Shown here: positions 36,664-45,509 of the stretch, piece after piece
Layout of the letters: every line of letters begins with the position of its first letter
How positions within the stretch are numbered: the stretch's first letter is position 1
Assembly (NCBI GenBank): GCA_015067245.1
Contig: SVMV01000001.1
Span: forward strand, 1-61,409
Origin: Oscillospiraceae bacterium
GTDB lineage: Bacteria; Bacillota; Clostridia; Oscillospirales; Ruminococcaceae
Reading direction: 5' to 3'
Length of the DNA: 61,409 nt
Position numbers and translations under genes: made by a program
The notes under the pieces: generated by a model
What the model saw: only the letters and a program-made list of their open reading frames with translations
What the model was told of the DNA's origin: nothing
The model's database searches: none

Positions 36664-38454
36664 TTATTCTTCGCTGCTTTCAACTGTGGAAGCAATATAA
36701 AGCTCGTTCATCTGTTTTTCTTCAATATAATCAGGGCAACCAGACATAATTTCGCCGCTGTTCTGTACTTTAGGGAATGCAATAACATCACGGATAGAAT
36801 CCTTGTGAGCCATAAGCATGCAAAGACGGTCAAGACCGTATGCCATACCGCCGTGTGGTGGTGCGCCGTATTTATATGCTTCTACAAGGAAGCCAAAGTT
36901 TTCGCTGATGCGTTCTTCTGTAAAGCCAAGTGTTTTGAACATCTTGTGCTGAAGTTCTGGGTTTGTAATACGGATAGAGCCGCCGCCAAGTTCAACACCG
37001 TTAAGAACCATATCGTATGCTTTTGCACAGCATCTGCCTGGGTCTGTGTCGATATATGGGATATCTTCTTCCTTAGGCATTGTAAATGGGTGGTGTTTTG
37101 CAACAAAGCGCTGTTCTTCTTTGTCATATTCAAACAGTGGGAAGTTTGTAACCCACAGGAAATTAAACTGTTCTGGGTCAAACAGTTCAAATTTTTTGGC
37201 AATATGCAGGCGAAGTGCGCCAAGGGATGCATAAACAACGTCCATATCGTCAGAAGCAACAACAAGGATAACGTCGCCTTTTTCTGCCTGTGCTTTTTCT
37301 CTTACTGCAGCAACCTGTTCTGCTGTAAGGAATTTTTCAAAGCTGGAAGTTTCTGCGTCAGCTGTAAGTCTTGTATAAGCAAGGCCTTTTGCGCCATAAG
37401 TTTTTACAACATCAACAAGTTTGTCGATTTCTTTTCTTGTAAGCTTGTCTGCAAGACCTTTTGCATTGATACATCTTACACTGCCGCCACCTTCGATTGC
37501 AGATTTAAACACAACAAATTCTGCAGCTTTAACACATTCTGTAAGGTCAACAAGTTCAAGGCCAAAACGTGTATCAGGTTTGTCCACGCCATAGCGGTTC
37601 ATTGCTTCTTCGTATGGCATTCTTGGGAATGGTGTCTGCACATCAACACCAAGAATTTCTTTAAATACGTGTTTAACCATACCTTCGTTCATTGTCTGAA
37701 CGTCAATTTCGTCAACGTATGCCATTTCCACGTCAATCTGTGTAAATTCTGGCTGACGGTCAGCACGCAGGTCTTCGTCACGGAAGCAGCGTGCAATCTG
37801 CACATATCTGTCATAGCCAGAGAGCATAAGCAGCTGTTTGTAAATCTGTGGGGACTGTGGCAGTGCAAAAAATTTACCTGGCTGAACACGGCTTGGCACA
37901 ACATAGTCGCGTGCGCCTTCTGGTGTAGATTTCATAAGCACAGGTGTTTCAATTTCGATAAAGTCGTTTTTATCAAAATAGTCACGCACTGCGCGCACAA
38001 CCTTGTGGCGAACAATAAGACCGTCGTGCATTTTGCTTCTTCTCAAATCAAGATAACGGTATTTAAGCTTAAGTTCGTCCTTAACATTGATATCGTCTTT
38101 GATTTCAAAAGGTGTTGTCTCTGCTTTAGAGAGAATTTTAAGTTCGCCAACCTTGATTTCAATTTTGCCTGTAGGGATATTTGGGTTGGCTCTTTCACGC
38201 AGAACAACCTCACCCCTTGCCATAACAACAAATTCTGTGCGCAGCATTTTTGCTTTTTCAAGTGTTGCTGCATCGCAGTCATCGCCAAAGTTAAGCTGAA
38301 CCACGCCCTTTGTGTCACGCACATCGCAGAACACAACAGCGCCAAGGTCGCGCACCTTTGCAACATAACCTGCTACTGTTACTTCCTGGCCAACATTGGC
38401 TTCACTTAAAGCAACGGAGTAGTGGGTTCTTCTTAAATTACCCATTGTTTCCAT
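36664..38454 (-). CDS. aspS: aspartate--tRNA ligase
   Basis: 596 aa. N-terminal OB domain (LRRTHY...L......G.EV.V.G.V...RD.G...F.D.RD..G..Q) and class II motifs (FRDEDLRADRQPEFTQID; GGGSIRI; GLDRL). Confidence 0.97.
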   Translation of the reverse strand: METMGNLRRTHYSVALSEANVGQEVTVAGYVAKVRDLGAVVFCDVRDTKGVVQLNFGDDCDAATLEKAKMLRTEFVVMARGEVVLRERANPNIPTGKIEIKVGELKILSKAETTPFEIKDDINVKDELKLKYRYLDLRRSKMHDGLIVRHKVVRAVRDYFDKNDFIEIETPVLMKSTPEGARDYVVPSRVQPGKFFALPQSPQIYKQLLMLSGYDRYVQIARCFRDEDLRADRQPEFTQIDVEMAYVDEIDVQTMNEGMVKHVFKEILGVDVQTPFPRMPYEEAMNRYGVDKPDTRFGLELVDLTECVKAAEFVVFKSAIEGGGSVRCINAKGLADKLTRKEIDKLVDVVKTYGAKGLAYTRLTADAETSSFEKFLTAEQVAAVREKAQAEKGDVILVVASDDMDVVYASLGALRLHIAKKFELFDPEQFNFLWVTNFPLFEYDKEEQRFVAKHHPFTMPKEEDIPYIDTDPGRCCAKAYDMVLNGVELGGGSIRITNPELQHKMFKTLGFTEERISENFGFLVEAYKYGAPPHGGMAYGLDRLCMLMAHKDSIRDVIAFPKVQNSGEIMSGCPDYIEEKQMNELYIASTVESSEE

Positions 38455-38534
38455 AAAAAAACCTCACTTTATATATAAACAATTATTTTTATTATATCTG
38501 GGCATAATAAATTTCATCTTTATATTTTACCATT

Positions 38535-38573
38535 AAAACAACAAGGTATCAAGCCTTTTTAGCCCGATACCTT
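38535..38573 (-). terminator. intrinsic terminator of spoVM
   Basis: Minus-strand RNA AAGGUAUCGGGC-UAAAAAG-GCUUGAUACCUU (12 bp, two G-U pairs), followed by GUUGUUUU. Confidence 0.65.
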
Positions 38574-38593
38574 ATATTTTTAGCCTTTATATG

Positions 38594-38662
38594 TCAGATT
38601 TTAAACACCAGCTTTAACAAGCCCTTAAACAGCTTTGGGCTTTTAACAATAACAACCTTCAT
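38594..38662 (-). CDS. spoVM: stage V sporulation protein M (22 aa; below the ORF-track cutoff)
   Basis: AAGGAG SD sits 9 nt before ATG 38662. Product MKVVIVKSPKLFKGLLKLVFKI, compared with B. subtilis SpoVM MKFYTIKLPKFLGGIVRAMLGSFRKD. Same length class, with K2, K7, P9, K10, G14 and a basic residue at 17 conserved. Amphipathic. Has its own terminator. Confidence 0.7.
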   Translation of the reverse strand: MKVVIVKSPKLFKGLLKLVFKI

Positions 38663-38683
38663 AAATCACCACTCCTTGCAGTT

Positions 38684-38691
38684 ATTGTATG
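38684..38691 (-). promoter_or_regulatory. sigma-E-type -10 box (CATACAAT) upstream of spoVM
   Basis: The minus strand reads CATACAAT, identical to the mother-cell sigma-E -10 consensus CATACA-T. The -35 region (..CCATAA..) matches only partly, and the box is very close to the SD. Confidence 0.3.
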
Positions 38692-38728
38692 CAAAAAAAC
38701 ACTGTTATGGCACTTAGCTGCATACATA

Positions 38729-38766
38729 TCAAAACGGACAGTTCAAAAACAAACTGTCCGTTTTGA
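38729..38766 (-). terminator. intrinsic terminator of the giant surface-protein gene
   Basis: AAAACGGACAGTT (38731-38743) / AACTGTCCGTTTT (38752-38764). Confidence 0.85.
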
Positions 38767-38803
38767 TTTTATTATAGCATTATTCAGCTTTTAAAACGCA
38801 GAT

Positions 38804-41800
38804 TTATTCTTCGTCTTCGTCTTTTTTTCTTTTAACGATAAAGAAGATGATACCGCCGATAACAACAACTGCTACAATAACAATCCACATTGGGAAGCTT
38901 GTGCTTTCTGCTGTTGTTTCTTCAACCACAGGTGTTTCTTCTGTTTCTGCTTTACCTTCGTATACAACTACATAGCTTGCAGATTCACCTGCTGTGCTTA
39001 CGATATGGCCGTCTACCACTTCGCTTGCAACTTTTACAAGTTCGCCTGCTGCATTTACTGTGTAAACTGCATAATCTGCAATATCTTTGCCTGCTTCTGC
39101 TTCAAATGGAAGCATAACTGTTGCTGTACCGCCGTTAAGGTTGCTGATTTCCTTGTCGCCTGCAACAATCTGAACTGTTACAACTTTTGCTGCTTCTTTG
39201 CCTGCAAGTGCAGATTTCTGTGCGTCTGTAAGGGATTCTGCATCTGCATTCACAAGTCTGATTTCCACATCACTGTTGCCTGCCTGCTGTGCAATTTCTG
39301 CAAGAGCAGCTGCGTCAAGTTTAACTTTACCGTCTGTAAGTTCGATAACTGCATCCTTGCCGCTGTCTGCAACTGTGCTAAGTGCATCGGAAGAAACTTC
39401 TGCTTTATTTACAACGCCTTCTGTTGCCTGTGTAAGTGGAAGCACAACTGTGCTGCTTTCGCCTGTTGCTTCAACAACTGCTTCTGCTGCTTCTTTGCCA
39501 ACAGATGCAACGCCTTCTGTAACTTCTACAGATTCTTTTACTGCTTCAACAACAGCTTCACTTGCTGTTTCTTCTGCAATTGTTGTGTCTGCTGTTTCAG
39601 GCACTACAACAGGTGCAGGAGTTGCTGTTGGTGCAGGTGTTGCTGTTGGTGTTGTTGTGCTTGCTGCAGGTGTCTGCACCGGTGCAGGTGTTGGTGTTGC
39701 TGTAACCTTGCTTGCATCAAATGTGCCGCAAACTGTGCAGTTGCCCTGTGCATTAAATGTGTGGTTGCCTGTTGCTGCAATTGCACGGCTTTCGCTTGCA
39801 CCGCATGCACATACTCTTGCTTCTATGCCAGCTGCAGAGCATGTTGCTTCTTTTGTTGTGTACCAGCCGCCGAAAGAGTGGCCTTTTGCTGCAATAACAA
39901 GGTCTGCTGCTTTTACTTCTGTTGTGCCTTCAGCATCGCTGTAAAGTTTGCCGCATTCACAAGCCCAATGTGCTTTTGTGCCTGTTTCTGTACATGTTGC
40001 TGCTTTAGCGGCAACTGCTTTTGGTGCGTGGCTGTGAATTACATATTCACCGTTCATAAGTACAAGTTCTTTATCGCTTGTAAAGTTTTTAGTTGTAATT
40101 TCACTTTCTGCCACAGTATCTTCTTTGATGGAAACTTCCAGACCGCTCATATCTGCAGAACCTTCTGTTACAAACAGATATACGCTGTTTACTGTACCGC
40201 CGTTGATGTCAAGAACACCAAGGTTATTTTTTGTGCTTGGGTCGTGGAAGAAGATACCTTTGTTTGCACCTTCGATTGTACCGCCGTTGATAACAAGTTT
40301 GTTTGTACCTGTTGCGCTGTTGAGGAACTGGCGGAGTGCACGGTATGTAGATTTAACAGTACCGCCGTTGATTGTTGTTACAGCATCTGTTGCATCTGTA
40401 TTTGTAAGTGTATCGATACCGTAAGCCATATCTGTGCCGCCAAGGTGTTCGATTGTACCGCTTTCAACAGTAAGTGTGCCGCGTGCATTGGAGAGAACTG
40501 CAGAGTATCTGCCCCAGCCGCTGTTTGTTGTTGCTGTAACTGTGAGTTTACCTGTTTTTGCAGCGCTGCTGTCTTTTACAGTAAGGTCGCCGCCTTTAAC
40601 AACGCCAATAAGTTCAAAGTTTTTAGTTGTTGTATCTGTACCTGTGATTGTAAAGCCGTTGAGGTCGAGTTCTGTTTTGTAGTTTACAAAAACAGATTCG
40701 TCCATATCAAAGCTTGCATCAAGTTTGATTTTTTCTGCACCTGCAGCGATAACAGCTTTAAGTTCTGCTTCGCTGGAAACTGCAAGTGCATCAATTTCTT
40801 CAACACCAAATGTGCCGTTGCTGTTAGTTTCAATTATATAACCTTCAGCAAGGTAATCTGTTGGGTCTTCAGCAAATGTACCGCCGCTGATAAAGCCATA
40901 TACCGGTGTATCATAGCATATTACACCTTCAAATGTACCACCGCTGACAGAAACATTGCCTTCAGCCATGGTAGTTGATGTATTGCCGTTGAGAGCAAAG
41001 CTACCGTTAAATGTACCATCTTCAACATTGATAACTACATTTTCTGCACTATTTTTTGAAACAATGTATACTGCAAGATTGTAGTCTGTATCATCTGTAG
41101 TGATTGTACCGCCTGTGATGTTAAGTTCAACCATAGGAGCATTACCCATATTGAAGTTTACACCATAGCCATCTTTACTGTATATTTCGCCGCCCTCGAT
41201 GTTAAGTGTTGCTTTAGCTGTTTCGCCATTTGTCCAGTTGAATACACGGACTGTTGTTTTTTCTGCGGCAAGTTTACCGCCTTTGATTGTAGCTGTGCTG
41301 CCTGCGTAGTTGTCAAGAGCATAGCACGCACCGCCAACTGTTGTATTTTCTATTGTACCGTTTTCAACAACAATTGTTCCATAGTTGCTGATTGTGTTGC
41401 TTGCATAAGCATTAGCTGCACTTGGTGTTGTGGAATGGAATGTAAGTTTGCCTGTTTCGTTTTCGCTGCTGTCTTTAACTGTAAGATTGCCGTTGTTCTT
41501 AATAAGGGCACTTGTTGCACCAGATGCATCTTCCATGCTGATTACCTGGCCGTTAAGATCAAGTGTTACAGTTTTGCCTGCAGGAATTGTGATTGTTTCG
41601 GACACTGCAAAGCTTGCGCCAAGAACAAGTTCTGACATATCTGCTGCAATAGCTGCGCGCAGTTCTGCTTCACTTGTGATTGGGTTGGATGGTTCGCCAA
41701 CTGCCCATTTGCCGTTTTCTTCTGTTACTATGCAGCCTTCTTTAAGAGTGATAAGACTGCCAAACCATGTGTTGTCTGTTGGGTCTGCGGAATATGTGCC

Positions 41801-44335
41801 GCCGCCAAGAACAACTTTTGGCTGTTTTGTTGTATCGCCAAGGTTGTTCTGAATATCAATAACACCTTTAAGTGCTGTAAATTCGCCGCCGTTGATTTCA
41901 ACTTTAGCTGCTGTATCAGCAAGAACCATACCGCGTGCTGCTGTTGCAAGGCTGTTTTCGCCAAAGTTATCGTTGGAGAATTTACCGCCATTGATAATAA
42001 GTGTGCCGCCGCTGTTGAGTACACCAACTACCCATGGGCCATGGCTTGTGCCCTGGTTGTTGCCTTCTTCTGCTGTAAGGCATTCTGTTGAGTATGTACC
42101 GCCTTTAACAGTAACTTTACCGCCGCCGTTTACGGAGATTGCCATGCTGTTGTATGGAGCTGTGTACATACCTTTCTGTTCTACTTTAACATTTTCACCT
42201 ACTGTGATAGTACCGCCTGCAGCTTCGATGCCGCCACCGTACTGGGAGTAGATTTCTGTGTTGTCAATATCCACAGTTGTGCCTGTAAGAGCTTTGATGT
42301 TGAGACCGTTGCCTCTGTAGTTGTACAGTTTAAGGCCGTCAAGTGTTACTTTTGCTGTGTCTTCTGTACGCACTGTGCCGTATGCACCTGTGCTGTATTC
42401 GCCATCAGCAACCATAGTACCGTTTTTGATTGTAACAACGGATGTGCCATTGATTTTAAAGTTACGGTTGTTTGTATTTGCGCCTTCTGTAACTGTAAAT
42501 GTTTTTTCGTTAAGGTCAATTGTAACGTTTTTATCTGTAATAACAACGCCATCTGCCTGTGTAATGCTGTCAAGCAAAACTACTGTTTTGCCGTCTGCAT
42601 CGTTGATTGCTTCCTGCAAGGATGTATATGGTGTACCATCAACCGCTGCAACAAACTGTATAAGAACAACTTTGCCGCCACTAATTTCAGCTGTAAGGCC
42701 GTCATTATTAATAACTTCAAGTGTACCTGTGAAGCCGGATGCACCGCATTTAACGTTTGCATATTCGCCTGCAGTCATACCTGTTGCATCAATAATAACT
42801 TTACCTGCACCATAGAGAGACAATGTGTCGATAACAGCGTTTGTACCAAGTGTTACAGTACTGCTTGCTGCAACATAAAGAGGTTCGCCGCCACTGTTAG
42901 TCTGTGTAACAGCAGAGTTGATTTCAGCTGTTGCATTTGTAAAGTGGATTGGAGCTGTGCTGCCATTGCCGATAACATTCAAATCGGTATTGATATCAAA
43001 TGTACCGCTCTGGAATACCATGCCCCAGAACTTGCCGCTTGCATTGCCACCGGACAGTTCGATTGTACCGCCGTTCAATGTCAGGTTGCCGTTCATTTCT
43101 ACACCGTAAGAAACTTTAAGTGTTGTACCGTCTTCAATAGTGATTGTACCATTGTAGTCGGATGTGGATGCTGCGCTGCCTGCTGTCATAAAGTATGCAG
43201 CTTCAAATCCGCCTTTAAGTTCAAGGTCACCAAGCACACGTGTTGTACCGTTGCTTGTGGACTTGATGCAGGAATCTGTAAGAACTGTATCATCCAGCAC
43301 TGTGGCACGTCCGGAAAGGTTTTCAATCTGTACTGTACTGTTACCACTGATAAACAGGTTCTTATATGTTGTAAGGTCTTTTGTAATCAATGTACCGCCA
43401 TTTACATTCAATTCACTGCCTTCATAAACTAAAATGCTGCTTCCAGTATAATTAAATGTTGCACCTGTTACATTGAGAATACCAGTACCTTCGTATCCTA
43501 TGCCCATACCGTTGTGGTCTTTAACTTCAACAACTGCATTGTTGATAATATCCATTGTTGCTGTGCCCTGCACATTGTTTGTTTCGCTTGCAGGTCTTGC
43601 ACCTACCCAGAAGCCATACCAAACTGTAAGTTTGCCACCATCAACTGTTACATTATTGCGTGCTGCAAGGTAAGAAAGGTCTATTGTGGAGTTTTTAAAT
43701 ACAACTTCACCATCATTTTTACCTGCTGCGCCGTATTCTACATCAGAAATGTGAATACCATAAGAACCATTTTTAAGGGAAGCTTCTGTAGATGTAAGGT
43801 TAGCATTTTCAAAGATAACTTTGCCGTTACCTTCACCGCCGCGACCTACATACAGCCAGCCTTTGCTCCAGTCAACCTGTGCTGTACCAGTAATCGTAAC
43901 TGTTTTGTTACCATATACTGCACCGTTCATAGCGATTGGCGCATCACCTTCAGCCCAAATAAGCTTAATGGTATCGCCGTCCTGTGCTGTTTCAAGTGCT
44001 TCAGCTAATGTTGCAAATGGTGTGTCACCGATTTCTGCAACTGCTGTTACAACGTCATTAACAGCTTCTTCTTTAACAGTATCTTCAACAACTTCTTCTG
44101 CTGCTTCTTCCACTGTTTCTTCGGCAGTTTCTTCTACAGCTTCTTCAGCTGTTTCTTCTACAGCTTCTTCAGCTGTTTCTTCCACTGCTTCTTCAGCTGG
44201 TGTTTCGATATCAACTGTTTCGCTAACAATTGTTTCTTCCACTGGCTGAACGTCCGCTTCAGCAAATGCTGCTGTAGGGAACAAAGAAATAATCATGCAC
44301 AGGCTGAGCACGCCTGCCAAAATTTTTCTTCTCAT
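38804..44335 (-). CDS. 1,843-aa secreted surface protein: signal peptide, acidic repeats, long beta-helix-type repeat region, Cys-rich modules, Pro/Thr/Ala linker, C-terminal TM anchor
   Basis: AAGGAGG SD before ATG 44335. Signal peptide MRRKILAGVLSLCMIISLFPTAAFA, then (AEEAVEET)n. Recurring G-rich repeats of the type 'GGT..I.GG.F' and two homologous modules (SEAELRAAIAA..DLNGQ..TVKDSS..TGKLT / SSEAELKAVIAA..DLNGF..TVKDSS..TGKLT). C-terminus FPMWIVIVAVVVIGGIIFFIVKRKKDEDEE, with no LPXTG. Confidence 0.9.
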   Translation of the reverse strand: MRRKILAGVLSLCMIISLFPTAAFAEADVQPVEETIVSETVDIETPAEEAVEETAEEAVEETAEEAVEETAEETVEEAAEEVVEDTVKEEAVNDVVTAVAEIGDTPFATLAEALETAQDGDTIKLIWAEGDAPIAMNGAVYGNKTVTITGTAQVDWSKGWLYVGRGGEGNGKVIFENANLTSTEASLKNGSYGIHISDVEYGAAGKNDGEVVFKNSTIDLSYLAARNNVTVDGGKLTVWYGFWVGARPASETNNVQGTATMDIINNAVVEVKDHNGMGIGYEGTGILNVTGATFNYTGSSILVYEGSELNVNGGTLITKDLTTYKNLFISGNSTVQIENLSGRATVLDDTVLTDSCIKSTSNGTTRVLGDLELKGGFEAAYFMTAGSAASTSDYNGTITIEDGTTLKVSYGVEMNGNLTLNGGTIELSGGNASGKFWGMVFQSGTFDINTDLNVIGNGSTAPIHFTNATAEINSAVTQTNSGGEPLYVAASSTVTLGTNAVIDTLSLYGAGKVIIDATGMTAGEYANVKCGASGFTGTLEVINNDGLTAEISGGKVVLIQFVAAVDGTPYTSLQEAINDADGKTVVLLDSITQADGVVITDKNVTIDLNEKTFTVTEGANTNNRNFKINGTSVVTIKNGTMVADGEYSTGAYGTVRTEDTAKVTLDGLKLYNYRGNGLNIKALTGTTVDIDNTEIYSQYGGGIEAAGGTITVGENVKVEQKGMYTAPYNSMAISVNGGGKVTVKGGTYSTECLTAEEGNNQGTSHGPWVVGVLNSGGTLIINGGKFSNDNFGENSLATAARGMVLADTAAKVEINGGEFTALKGVIDIQNNLGDTTKQPKVVLGGGTYSADPTDNTWFGSLITLKEGCIVTEENGKWAVGEPSNPITSEAELRAAIAADMSELVLGASFAVSETITIPAGKTVTLDLNGQVISMEDASGATSALIKNNGNLTVKDSSENETGKLTFHSTTPSAANAYASNTISNYGTIVVENGTIENTTVGGACYALDNYAGSTATIKGGKLAAEKTTVRVFNWTNGETAKATLNIEGGEIYSKDGYGVNFNMGNAPMVELNITGGTITTDDTDYNLAVYIVSKNSAENVVINVEDGTFNGSFALNGNTSTTMAEGNVSVSGGTFEGVICYDTPVYGFISGGTFAEDPTDYLAEGYIIETNSNGTFGVEEIDALAVSSEAELKAVIAAGAEKIKLDASFDMDESVFVNYKTELDLNGFTITGTDTTTKNFELIGVVKGGDLTVKDSSAAKTGKLTVTATTNSGWGRYSAVLSNARGTLTVESGTIEHLGGTDMAYGIDTLTNTDATDAVTTINGGTVKSTYRALRQFLNSATGTNKLVINGGTIEGANKGIFFHDPSTKNNLGVLDINGGTVNSVYLFVTEGSADMSGLEVSIKEDTVAESEITTKNFTSDKELVLMNGEYVIHSHAPKAVAAKAATCTETGTKAHWACECGKLYSDAEGTTEVKAADLVIAAKGHSFGGWYTTKEATCSAAGIEARVCACGASESRAIAATGNHTFNAQGNCTVCGTFDASKVTATPTPAPVQTPAASTTTPTATPAPTATPAPVVVPETADTTIAEETASEAVVEAVKESVEVTEGVASVGKEAAEAVVEATGESSTVVLPLTQATEGVVNKAEVSSDALSTVADSGKDAVIELTDGKVKLDAAALAEIAQQAGNSDVEIRLVNADAESLTDAQKSALAGKEAAKVVTVQIVAGDKEISNLNGGTATVMLPFEAEAGKDIADYAVYTVNAAGELVKVASEVVDGHIVSTAGESASYVVVYEGKAETEETPVVEETTAESTSFPMWIVIVAVVVIGGIIFFIVKRKKDEDEE
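44101..44196 (-). repeat. about four tandem 24-nt units encoding the acidic AEEAVEET repeat
   Basis: The plus strand carries CTGTTTCTTCTACAGCTTCTTCAG-like units at 44101, 44125, 44149 and 44173. Confidence 0.85.
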
Positions 44336-44528
44336 TGGAAATCCTCCTTTGTAAAATAACACTGTTATAAACTTTGTGTTTATAAGCAAATTTAAATGAG
44401 CATAGTTACTCACTATACTTATTCAACATTATACTATTGTGTTGAGTAAAATTCAAGTTAAAACGATTGTACTTTTGTACATTTTTGTGCCTTTTGTTGA
44501 TATTTATAAGTATTATTTATTATATTAA

Positions 44529-44552
44529 CAAAAAAGCGGCCCGCAGGCCGCC
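44529..44552 (-). terminator. intrinsic terminator of the coaD-operon tail gene
   Basis: Minus strand reads GCGGCC-TGCG-GGCCGC, followed by TTTTTTG. Confidence 0.75.
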
Positions 44553-44570
44553 ATTGTTATTATCTGCATT

Positions 44571-45020
44571 TTATTTTTTAAGATTGTCTTTAACCAGCTT
44601 AACCTCGTCAAAGCTCTTTTTAAGCTGTTCCTGTGTCTGTGTAAGCAGGTTGTCGCAGTACATTGTAACGGTGCTTTTAAGCTGCTGTGCCTGCTGCTGG
44701 CTGGTCTGGGTTATCTCTCTTGCTTTTTCGGTGGCTTTAAGCACAATTTCTTCATGGTCTATAAGGTGGCGTGCACGTTCTTCGGCACGGCGGATAATCT
44801 CTTCCGCATCCCTGTTTGCCTTTGCCATAATCTGTGCTTTGTCTTTTACAATTGCCTTTGCCTGCAAAATTTCCTGCGGCATATTGATGCGGATATCATC
44901 AATTATATCTCTTGCCTGGTCAATATCAACCACACGTCTGCCGCCAGAAAGAGGCACGCTCATACCTTCTTCCAGTAATTCTTCCAGCGCTTCAAGCATT
45001 GCTTCTATGGAAACTGCCAT
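44571..45020 (-). CDS. 149-aa coiled-coil protein of unknown function (family often auto-annotated as 'ATPase')
   Basis: ..LEELLEEGMSVPLSGGRRVVD.D.A.DIIDDIR..MP.EI.QAK.IV.D....... then heptad-like E/K/Q-rich sequence. Immediately downstream of coaD. Confidence 0.7.
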   Translation of the reverse strand: MAVSIEAMLEALEELLEEGMSVPLSGGRRVVDIDQARDIIDDIRINMPQEILQAKAIVKDKAQIMAKANRDAEEIIRRAEERARHLIDHEEIVLKATEKAREITQTSQQQAQQLKSTVTMYCDNLLTQTQEQLKKSFDEVKLVKDNLKK

Positions 45021-45023
45021 ACG

Positions 45024-45509
45024 CTAATTCTCCTTTACCATTTTTTTGATAAGCTCGTCCTTTATTTCGTGTGGGACAAACTGTTCGATATCACCGCCAA
45101 ATTCGGCAATCTGGCGCACGATTGTGGAGGATAAGTACATATATTCCTGATTTGTAACCATAAACAGAGTTTCAAGGTTTGGGTTGAGTTTTTTGTTGGT
45201 AAGTGCCTGCTGAAACTCGTATTCAAAGTCGGTAACAGCACGCAAGCCCTTAACCAAAGTGGATGCTTTTTTCTGCTTTGCGTATTCGGCAATAAGGCCT
45301 TCAAAACTTTCAGCTTCTACATTGTCAAGGTGTGCTGTGCATTTTTTTATCATATCAACACGTTCTTCGGTGGTGAAGGTTGGTGTTTTGGACGGATTTA
45401 CCATTACAACTGCATAAACCTTGTCGAACAGCTTACTGGTGCGCTCGATAATATCAACGTGGCCTTTTGTTATTGGGTCAAAGCTGCCCGGACAGATTGC
45501 TATTTTCAT
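45024..45509 (-). CDS. coaD: phosphopantetheine adenylyltransferase
   Basis: MKIAICPGSFDPITKGHVDIIERTSKLFD.V.V.V..NP.K...F..EER. Confidence 0.97.
   Translation of the reverse strand: MKIAICPGSFDPITKGHVDIIERTSKLFDKVYAVVMVNPSKTPTFTTEERVDMIKKCTAHLDNVEAESFEGLIAEYAKQKKASTLVKGLRAVTDFEYEFQQALTNKKLNPNLETLFMVTNQEYMYLSSTIVRQIAEFGGDIEQFVPHEIKDELIKKMVKEN

Noticed and set aside
36649-38409. A 586-aa ORF lies antisense to almost all of aspS.
   Set aside because: It has the same shadow-ORF signature: Cys/Phe/Asn/Lys-rich, no SD, and it starts inside the terminator region. aspS on the minus strand is certain.
38455-38728. I expected a T-box leader upstream of aspS.
   Set aside because: There is no T-box sequence (..GGTGGTACCGCG..), no specifier-loop features and no suitably long leader. 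The space is occupied by the spoVM cistron and its terminator, leaving only about 80 nt before aspS.
39005-40978. A 657-aa Cys-rich ORF, along with several 60-250-aa ORFs, lies antisense to or out of frame within the giant surface-protein gene.
   Set aside because: These arise from the reverse complement of Ala/Thr/Gly/Val-rich repeats (GCA, ACA and GCT codons read as Cys and Ser codons). They have no translation signals, and the sense frame is continuous for 1,843 codons.
38804-44335. I considered whether the giant surface protein could be the target of a diversity-generating retroelement.
   Set aside because: There is no reverse transcriptase. I noticed no template repeat duplicating a C-terminal variable region, and no C-type-lectin-like C-terminus anywhere in the window.
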